NCBI GenBank assembly: GCA_964202905.1
Contig: CAXNJO010000002.1
Coordinates: 96,001 to 160,000, forward strand
Reading direction: 5' to 3'
Origin: Polyangiales bacterium
Lineage (GTDB): Bacteria; Myxococcota_A; Polyangia; Polyangiales; JADJQN01
DNA length: 64,000 bases
Positions 56,120 to 64,000 of this stretch are shown one piece after another. Below the pieces are notes generated by a model. It saw nothing but the letters and a program-made list of their open reading frames with translations, did not search any database and was not told where the DNA came from. The translations under genes and the position numbers were made by a program. Positions within the stretch are counted from its first letter, which is position 1. Every line of letters begins with the position of its first letter.

Positions 56120-57564
56120 TGGCCCACGGCGACGCGCACGATCACGATCACACGCACGGCCACGTGCACGACGGCGCGGACGAGCACGATCAGACGCGCG
56201 GCCACGTGCACGACGGCGCCTACGATCACGGGCACACGCACGATCACGATCACGATCACGGGCACGCCCACGATCACGGTCACGTCACCGCCTCGGATCC
56301 CGCGCACGGAGACGACCACGTCCACCCGCGCGGAGGGCCCCGGAACACACCGCTCGCGCGTGGCGCCGGGCAGGGGAAGCTCCTCTTTCTCGACGCGTTC
56401 AGCGGCGTCGCGGGCGACATGCTCGTCGCGGCGCTGCTCGACCTCGGCGTGCCGCGGGCGCCCATCGACGCGGCGCTCGCCGGGCTGCCGCTCACGGGCT
56501 ACCGCGTCCGCACCTTCGACGTCTCGCGGTCGGGGATCGTCGCCACGCGCCTCACGGTCGACGTCGCGCGCGGGCAGCCGCAGCGCACGTACGCGGCGAT
56601 CCGCGCCATGATCGAGGCTGCGCCGCTCGCGGAAGGCGCGCGCCTGCTCGCGCTGCGGGCCTTCCGCATCCTCGGCGAGGCGGAGGCCGACGTGCACCGG
56701 ATCCCCATCGAGGAGGTGCACTTCCACGAGGTCGGCGCGGTCGACTCGATCGTGGACACCGTCGCGGCCGCGGTCGCGCTCGACTGGATCGGCGCGCGCG
56801 TGGTCGCGTCGCCGCTGCCGATGGGGCGCGGCTTCATCCGCGCACAACATGGGATCTTGCCGGTGCCCGCGCCGGCGACGGTGCTCGCGCTCCGCGGCGT
56901 GCCCACGGTCGACACGGCGTGCAGCGCGGAGCTGGTCACGCCGACCGGCGCGTGTCTCGTCGCGGCGGCCGCGCGATCCTTCGCGCGGTGGCCCGCGATG
57001 CGGCCCGAGCGCGTCGGCTGGGGCGCAGGGGCCCGCGTGCTCGCGGACCGCCCGAACGTGCTGCGCGTGGTGCTCGGCGCGCCGGAAGACGGCGCGCTGC
57101 GCAGCGGCGACGACGCAGCCGACGCGACGCACACCGTGCTCGAGGCGAACCTCGACGACATGAGCGGCGAGCTCGCCGCGCACGCGATCGAGCGCGCGAT
57201 CGCGCGGGGCGCCCTCGACGCGTGGGCGACGCCGATCGTCATGAAGAAGGGGCGCCCTGCCCTCAAGCTCTCCGCGATCGCGCGGCGCGCGGACGCGGGC
57301 GAGGTGGCCCGCACGCTCCTCGCGGAGTCGACCAGCCTCGGGGTGCGCGCCCACGACGTGCGCCGCCACGAGCGGCCGCGGCGCCTCGTCGAGGTCCACA
57401 CGGCGTACGGCACCATCCCGGTGAAGGTCGCGGACGGTGACGACCTGCCGCCGCACGCCGCACCCGAACACGATGCCTGCCGGGCGGCCGCGCTCGCGCA
57501 CGACGTGCCGCTGCGCGCCGTGTACACCGCCGCGCTCGAGGCCTGGGGCGCGCTGCGCGGCTGA
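56119..57564 (+). CDS. larC: Nickel-pincer cofactor nickel insertase LarC with N-terminal His/Asp-rich tract
   Basis: DAFSGVAGDM, VHFHEVGAVDSIVD, HGILPVPAPAT, ELVTPTGA, LEANLDDM and MKKGRP. Confidence 0.95.
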   Translation: MAHGDAHDHDHTHGHVHDGADEHDQTRGHVHDGAYDHGHTHDHDHDHGHAHDHGHVTASDPAHGDDHVHPRGGPRNTPLARGAGQGKLLFLDAFSGVAGDMLVAALLDLGVPRAPIDAALAGLPLTGYRVRTFDVSRSGIVATRLTVDVARGQPQRTYAAIRAMIEAAPLAEGARLLALRAFRILGEAEADVHRIPIEEVHFHEVGAVDSIVDTVAAAVALDWIGARVVASPLPMGRGFIRAQHGILPVPAPATVLALRGVPTVDTACSAELVTPTGACLVAAAARSFARWPAMRPERVGWGAGARVLADRPNVLRVVLGAPEDGALRSGDDAADATHTVLEANLDDMSGELAAHAIERAIARGALDAWATPIVMKKGRPALKLSAIARRADAGEVARTLLAESTSLGVRAHDVRRHERPRRLVEVHTAYGTIPVKVADGDDLPPHAAPEHDACRAAALAHDVPLRAVYTAALEAWGALRG

Positions 57565-57589
57565 GCGGGCGGTCGGCAGCGCGGCGCGG

Positions 57590-60500
57590 TCAGCGCACGG
57601 CGTCTTCGAGTCCGAGCCGGCGAATCATCTTTTGCAGGCCGAACCGCGAGACGCCGAGGGCGCGCGCCGCGGCGGCCTGCGTGCCGTGCTCGGCGAGCGC
57701 GCGGCGGATGAGGCGACGCTCGAGCGCGACCGTCTGGCCTCGCAGGTCGAGCGCGTCGAGGGGCGACCCCTCGCGGGACTCCGTGCGCTCGGGGCCGGTC
57801 ACGGCGGGGGAGAGATCCTCCGGGCGGAGGACGTCGGTCGCGAGCAGCAGCGCGCGCTGCACTTCGTTCTCGAGCTGGCGGACGTTGCCGGGCCACGGGT
57901 GCGCCTGCAGCAGCGCGAGCGCGCGGCGATCGACGCTGATCGCGCGGCCCCGCGCGTGCTTCTCGACGAAGTGCGCGACGAGCGGCGCGATGTCCGCGAC
58001 GCGCGCGCGCAGCGGCGGGACCGCGACGTTCACGACGGCGAGCCGGTAGTAGAGGTCCTGCCGGAAGGTCCCGGCGCGGAGCATCGCCTCGAGGTCGCGG
58101 TGCGTCGCCGCGATCACGCGCACGTCGACCTTGCGCGTCCGCTCGCCGCCGACCGCGCGGACCTCGCCCTCCTGCAACACGCGCAGCAATTTCGTCTGCA
58201 TCCCGGGGCTCATCTCGCCGATCTCGTCGAGCAGGAGCGTGCCGCCGTCCGCGGCCTCGAAGAGCCCGGCGCGCGCGCGGTCGGCGCCGGTGAACGCGCC
58301 CCGCACGTGCCCGAACAACGTGCTCTCGAGCAGCGGCTCGGGGATCGCGCCGCAGTTCTCGCTGACGAAGGGCCGGTCCCGCCGCGGGGAGAGCGCGTGG
58401 ATCGCGCGCGCGACGAGCTCCTTGCCGACGCCGCTCTCCCCGAGCACGAGCACCGGCACCTCCGCGACCGCGACGCGCTCGACGAGGCCCGCGACGCGAC
58501 GCATCGGCTCGCTGTCGCCGATGAGCCCGGCGAGGGGCGCCGCCTGACCGAGACGGCGCAGGCCGACGAGCTCGACGCCCTGACGCTCGACCGTCTCGGC
58601 GAGCGTGCGCCGCAGCCGCTCGAGACGCCGCGCGCTCCGCCGCTCGCGCCGCACCGACTCAGCGCTCGCGAGGGCGAGGGCCGCGAGATCGGCGAGGTCC
58701 AAGAGCAGCGCCACGTCGGCCGCGCCGAACGCGCCCGCGCGCAGGCGGTCGTCGAGGTAGAGCACGCCATCCGCGCCGTCCCCGAACCGCAGGGGCACCG
58801 CGACGACCGACCGCAGCGCGAGCGCGTGCACGCTCGCCGCCGCGTCGAGCCGTCCGTCCGCGGAGGCATCGACCGTCGCGAGCGGCGTCCCCTCGTCGAG
58901 CGCGCGCGCCGCGATCGAGCGCGAGAAGCCGGGCGCCTCGCCGTCACCGCCACGCCGCGCGAGGCCCCGATAGCCGCGCACGCGCCAGACGCCGTCGCTC
59001 TCGCGTGCGACGAGCAGCGCGCGCTCGGCGCCGCTCAACTCGAGCGCCGCGTCGAGCACCACGCCCACGAGCCGCGCCGGCGACTGCTCGGCCCCGAGGC
59101 GCTTCGCGAGTCCCGCGAGCCGACGCCAGCGCAAGTCCTCCGACGCCGGGAGACGGAGCGACGCCGCACCGACCCCGGGGGCGGCAGGCGCCTGCGCGAG
59201 CGCGAGGGCGCGGCGGTGCTCGGGCACGGCGCGCAGCGCGGCGCGGGCCGACGATGGCAGCGACGCGGCCGCGTCGTCGAGCAGGCCGCGCGCCTCGGCG
59301 ACGCGCCGCGGTCGCTGCGGCCTCGTCGCCCGCACGGGTGGCCGCGTCACCGACGACGAGCGCCGCACGCAGCCGCAGTTCCCACGGCGCCGTCCGCAGC
59401 CGCGCGTGCGCCGCCTGCGCGTGCGCGAGGGCGCGGGGGCCGTCGTCGGCAGCGAGCGCGAGCGCGGCGTCGGCGAGCGCGACCTCGGCGCGCGCGGCGT
59501 CGAGATCGGCGGCCTCGGCCGAGACGTGCGCAGCCGCTCTCCGCGACGACGCCGTGACTGAATCTCCATTCAGCGCCGCGACGATGGCCGCGCGCGCGCA
59601 GAGCGCGGCGTGCAGCGCGGGGGGCGCGCCGGCTCCGGCGAGCGCGAGCCCCGACGCGAGGGCGGACGCGGCCTCCTCGAGCGCGCCCCGGCGACGCGCG
59701 AGGTCGGCGCGGAGCAGCGCCGTGTGCGCGCGCAGCACGAGGTCGCCCGCCGCGAGCGACTCCGCCTGCGCGAGCGCGATCGGCGCGAGGTCGTCGTCCC
59801 CCGCGAGGTGCGCGGCGTTCGCGAGGTTGTAGGCGGCGCGCGCGGCGTCCGCGTCGCGCCCGATCGCGACGAGACGCCGGGCCCCGTCGCGGAGCGCGTC
59901 GATGGCCGGCCCGAGCTCGCCGAGATCAAGGCGCGCGAGGCCGACGTTCACCGCGAAGCTCGCCGCGGCGTGCGCCTCGCCCGCGGCCTCGGCGAGCTCC
60001 CGCGCGCGCCCCGCCTCGACGGCGACCGCGCGGACGTCGCCGCGCCCGTGCGCGACCGCCGCGAGCAACGACGTCGCGCGCGCCTCGGCGCCGCGATCCC
60101 CCGCAACCCGCGCAGCGCGGAGCGCACCGTCCGCCGCCTCGGCGGCCTCGCGCACCGCACCGCGCGAGAGCGCCTCGAGCGCGAGCACCTCTTCCGCGCG
60201 CGCACGCGTCGGCGCGTGGGACGGCTCGTCGCTCACCGCGATCCGCCGCAACGCCCGCAGCGCATCGGCGAGCGCGCCATCCGCCGGCGCGGGCGCGCCG
60301 TGCTGCGCGGCGTCGAGGGCGAGCCGCGCGAGCAGCGCACGCCGCGGCGCGCGCCGACGCGGGCGCCGTTTCGTCGTCGCGCACGCGCGCGGCGGTCGCC
60401 CACGCGGCGGACACCTCACCGCGAAGCCGCGCAATCTCCGCGCGCGCGACGAGTCCCGCGGGGTCGTCGCAGGACGCGAGCAGCGCGTCGGCCTCGCCGT

Positions 60501-62495
60501 AGCGGGCGAGCGCGCGACACGCGTCGGCGAGCGCACGGAGGACCGCGGGTCGCGGGCCGAGCGCATCGCGCAGCGACGCCGCGAGCGCGACGACGGCGTC
60601 GGGCTCACCCCGCCGACGCATCGCGGCGAGCACGCCGAGCAGCGTGTGCTCCGCCTCGTCCACGGCGCCCGACGCCGCCTGGGCGAAGCCGCGCACGAGC
60701 GCCTCGCGCGACGCGACGGCGAGCAGCGCCTCGCCGACCACGCGTCGTCGGCCCGCGGGCAGCGGCGCGAGGACCGCGCGCGAGACGTCCTCGCGCAACG
60801 TGAGGCGCCCGTCCGCGTCGCGTGAGGCGTGGCCCGCGGCCTCGAGCGAACGGGCCGCAGCGTGCGCTTGGCGCGCCCCCATGGCCGCCGCGGCGTCGCG
60901 CGCCGGGAGCGCGCCTCCCGCGATGGCGACCAGCTCGGCGAGCCGCGTGGCATCCGCGTCGGGCGAGCGCCAGACGTCACCGCCCGCGTCGCGCGCGGAG
61001 GCGCGCAGCGTCGCGGCGCGCAGGGGATCGGCGCCGCGCGCGCACGCCGAGGCGAGCAGGCGACAGAGCCGTCCCGCGAGCCCGCCGCACGCGGCGAGCG
61101 CCGCCTCGACGAGGGCGTCCGTCGCGGGCGCGTGCGCGCTCGGCGTCCCCGCGCTTTCGAGCCGGGCGAGCGCGGCACCGGCCGTGTCGAGCAGCGCCCG
61201 CACGCCCTCCCACGCGAGGGCGGTGACGGCGATCGCGCGCACCCCGCGCGGCGCCTCGCACACCTCGAGCACCACCGTGAGCGCCGTCCCGTCGATGGCC
61301 GCCGCGCGGACGAGCGCAGCCGCACGCGCCGCGCTTCCCGGGGCTTCTTCACGGACGTAGCACCGCGTCGTACGCCGGCGCGACGCTCGGCACGCCCCGC
61401 ACGCCGACGTAGGTGGGCACGCGATCGCCCGCCACGACGCGCGCTCGCTGCGCGCGCCGGACGGCCTCTTCGACGAGCCGCGAACGCCCGGCACCGCGCG
61501 GCCCGCACACGGCGACGACGCCCCCCGCGGCGAGACCCTCCCCGAGCGCCGCGAGCGCCACCTCCGCCCCGACGAGCGGCAGCCGCGCGAGCACCATCGC
61601 GCGCTCCGCGGGCGTGGACGCCGCGCCCAGCCAAGCCCCCGCCGCCTGCGCGGGCGGCTTCGCGCGCGACGCGCGGCCCGGTCGCGCCGGGGGCCGACAC
61701 GAGCGCAAGCTGCGCCGCGACCTCGCGGGCGGTCGCGGGTCGATCGTCCGGGTCCGGCGCGCGCAAGCGCAGGAGCAGCGCCGCGAGCGCGGGCGGGATG
61801 CCCGCCGGGACGGCCTCGTGCGACGGGCCCGCGCCGAGCAGCTCCGCGAGCGTCACGCCGAGCGCGAAGAGGTCCGTGCCCACGCTCGCGACGCCGAGCC
61901 ACGCCTCGGGCGCGAGGTACGCGGGGCTCCCCGACACCCCGGCCGATGCCCCCGGAGCCCGCGCGGCGCCGAGGTCCACGAGCCGCGCGGCAGGCGCCGT
62001 CGGCGCTTCTGCGTCCTCCGGCACGAGCACGTTCGCGGGCTTGACGTCGCCGTGCACGAAGCCGGCGGCGTGCACGGCCGCAAGCGCCCGCGCGACGGCT
62101 TCTCCGATCGCGCACACGCGCGCGGCGCGCCCGGCCGCGTCGTCCACGCGCATCGCCTCGAGGGCCTCGAGCGCCGGACGCCCGACGACGTGCTCCTCGA
62201 CGAGCAGCGCCGCCCCCGCCTCGAGTCCGAAGGGCGCGCCGACGGGCGCCTCGAGCCGCAGCAGCTCGTGCACGCGCGCGAGCCCCGGATGTGCGATGGC
62301 CGCGAGCGCGTCGCACTCCCACGCGAGCCGCGCCGCATCCGACGCCGCGACGACCTTCACCGCGCGCGGCGCGCCGCCGTCCGCCGCGTCGGCGACGAGG
62401 AACACGCGCCCGGTCGCCCCGCGCCCCAACTCACGGACGTACGCGTAGCGCCCCGCGAGCCACCCCCCACCCGCCAACTCGGTTGCATCGCGCAT
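57590..62495 (-). CDS. Ser/Thr kinase / degenerate P-loop / TPR-like / GAF / sigma54 AAA+ / HTH fusion regulator (several frameshifts)
   Basis: Kinase motifs [21 protein letters not shown] and GSPAYLAPE. Then GPRGAGRS, Ala-rich helical repeats and a GAF segment ([15 protein letters not shown]). Then [34 protein letters not shown] and a Fis-like HTH. Pieced from ORFs 58944..62495, 61349..61708, 59926..62322 and 57590..59569. Confidence 0.82.
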
Positions 62496-62634
62496 CGCCT
62501 ATTTTTGAGGGACATGACGACAATCCGCAACATGGTTGACACGATGTCGCGGCGCGCGGCGCGGGAGACACGGCGAAGCGCGCGGCGAGCACGGCCTCGC
62601 GCCCACGCGGGACCGCGCCCGGCCCCCAGCGCGC

Positions 62635-63819
62635 TCAGTAGCGCAGCCAGGCGGCGCGCGCGGCGGCGAAGCGCGCGGCGCCCTCGTCCTCGGCGGCGAG
62701 CACGGCCTCGAGTGCGTCAGCGTCCCCCGCATCGACGGCGCGGCGATACTCGGGCCCGCCCGTCAGCAGATCGATCGCGGGCCGATCGGCGACGTACTCG
62801 TACGTCTCGGTCCGCCAGCGGAAGGCCTCGCCCGCCTGCGCGCGCACGGCGGCGATGGCCCGCAGGTAGAGCGCGTACGAGCGCAGCGCGCGCGGGTCGT
62901 CGACGTGCACCTGCACCCCGCCGCAGAGCGCGCCCGCGTGCTTGTGGAAGGTCGGCTGGAAGGTGAGCGGCCGCAGCGCCGCGCCGGGACCGCGGACCGC
63001 GGCGGCGAGCGCGCGCCCGTCGACGAACGGCGCGCCCCAGATCTCGAACGGACGCGTGCTGCCGCGGCCCTCGCTGACGTTCGTGCCCTCGATGAGGCAG
63101 CCGCCCGGGTAGACCTCGGCCGTCTCCGGCGTGGGCATGTTCGGCGAGGGCAACACCCACGGGAGCCCCGTGTCCGCGAAGCGCATCGCGCGGGACCAGC
63201 CGCGCATCGTCACGACGCGGAGCGCCGCCTCGTCGAGGCCCTCGACCGCGCGCACCATCCCGGCCACTTCGCCGATCGTCAGGCCGTGGCGCACCGCGAC
63301 GTCGTAGAGCCCCACGAAGGAGCGGTAGCCCGGACGCTGCGGCGCGCCCTCGACGACCTCGCCGCCGAGCGGATTCGGCCGATCGAGCACGATCGTCTCG
63401 ACGCCCGCGGCCGCGCACGCGCGCAGCACGAGCGCCGCCGTCCACACGAACGTGTAGTAGCGGCTGCCGACGTCCTGCAGGTCGACGACCACCGCGTCGA
63501 GGCCCTCGAGCCACCCGCGGCGCGGCGAGAGGTCGGCCTCGGTCGCGCCGTAGAGCGAGCGGATCGCGGCGCCCGTCTCCGGGTCGCGCGCCTCGGCGAC
63601 GCCGATCATGTCCTGCGCCTCGCCGCCGTAGCCGTGCTCGGGCCCGAAGAGCACGCGCAGCTCGGCGCCCGCCTCGACCAGCCGTTGCTTTGCGTGCACG
63701 AGCCGCGCGTCGACGCTCGCCGGGTGCGCGACGAGGCCCACGCGCCGACCGCGTACGAGGGCGACCACGTCGGCCTCGCCGGCCGCGAGCCGATCGAGCC
63801 CCGTCGCGCAGCGCGCCAT
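62635..63819 (-). CDS. namZ: DUF1343 exo-beta-N-acetylmuramidase NamZ family protein
   Basis: LFGPEHG, SLYG, DLQDVGSRYYTF, LDRPNP, RHGLTIGE, PSPNMPT and EGTNVSEGRG.T.PFE. Confidence 0.9.
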   Translation of the reverse strand: MARCATGLDRLAAGEADVVALVRGRRVGLVAHPASVDARLVHAKQRLVEAGAELRVLFGPEHGYGGEAQDMIGVAEARDPETGAAIRSLYGATEADLSPRRGWLEGLDAVVVDLQDVGSRYYTFVWTAALVLRACAAAGVETIVLDRPNPLGGEVVEGAPQRPGYRSFVGLYDVAVRHGLTIGEVAGMVRAVEGLDEAALRVVTMRGWSRAMRFADTGLPWVLPSPNMPTPETAEVYPGGCLIEGTNVSEGRGSTRPFEIWGAPFVDGRALAAAVRGPGAALRPLTFQPTFHKHAGALCGGVQVHVDDPRALRSYALYLRAIAAVRAQAGEAFRWRTETYEYVADRPAIDLLTGGPEYRRAVDAGDADALEAVLAAEDEGAARFAAARAAWLRY

Positions 63820-64000
63820 CAGCCGCCAACCTGCTCACCCGGCTCGGCGGCGAGCAGGTAGAGCACGGCCATGCGCACGGCGACGCCGGCCTCGACCTGC
63901 TCGAGCACCGCGCTCTGCGGCCCGTCGGCGACCTCCGACGAGATCTCGACGCCGCGGTTCATCGGCCCCGGGTGCATCACGAGCGCGTCGGGCTTCGCGA
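63819..64000 (-). CDS. pyrB: Aspartate carbamoyltransferase catalytic subunit, 3' end (truncated by window edge)
   Basis: My own translation: [49 protein letters not shown]...; the stop overlaps the namZ ATG. Confidence 0.93.
   Translation of the reverse strand, partial: AKPDALVMHPGPMNRGVEISSEVADGPQSAVLEQVEAGVAVRMAVLYLLAAEPGEQVGG

Noticed and set aside
62496..62634. AT-richer intergenic segment with plus-strand TTGACA, as a possible sRNA or sigma54 promoter
   Set aside because: No convincing -10 or -24/-12 pairing and no structure I can support; probably just the kinase gene's promoter region.

Overview
Very GC-rich chromosomal window. Gene content (SofG/MglA-like GTPase, Hanks kinases, a kinase-sigma54 activator fusion, GTP-type PEPCK) points to a myxobacterium (Myxococcota, probably Polyangia); the taxonomy is inference. 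From left to right: a minus-strand metal-uptake operon (DUF4856-like lipoprotein, imelysin, vitamin K-dependent carboxylase-like HTTM protein, FecA-like TonB-dependent receptor, partial TonB-like gene) with two Fur-type palindromes; pckG; MFS/KamA; sdhCAB; a Ser/Thr kinase, DedA and an LD-carboxypeptidase; a decayed AtoE-family transporter; hisC; a headless CCA-enzyme-like HD protein; a radical SAM protein; an M23 peptidase; the dcw cluster (mraZ to ftsZ, lacking murB/ddl, with a DUF362 gene inserted before ftsA); a GTPase plus PocR histidine kinase; thiL; a TSUP transporter; larBC; a large kinase-TPR-GAF-sigma54 activator; namZ; and the 3' end of pyrB. Many genes, including essential ftsW, carry single-base frameshifts that look like sequencing or assembly indels. 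No rRNA, tRNA, CRISPR array or mobile element was recognised. The best candidate for an under-described system is the Fur-boxed operon coupling a gamma-glutamyl-carboxylase homologue to metal-binding lipoproteins and a TonB receptor. A recurring leaderless-promoter pattern is also visible. All family calls come from motif recognition by eye, not database searches.
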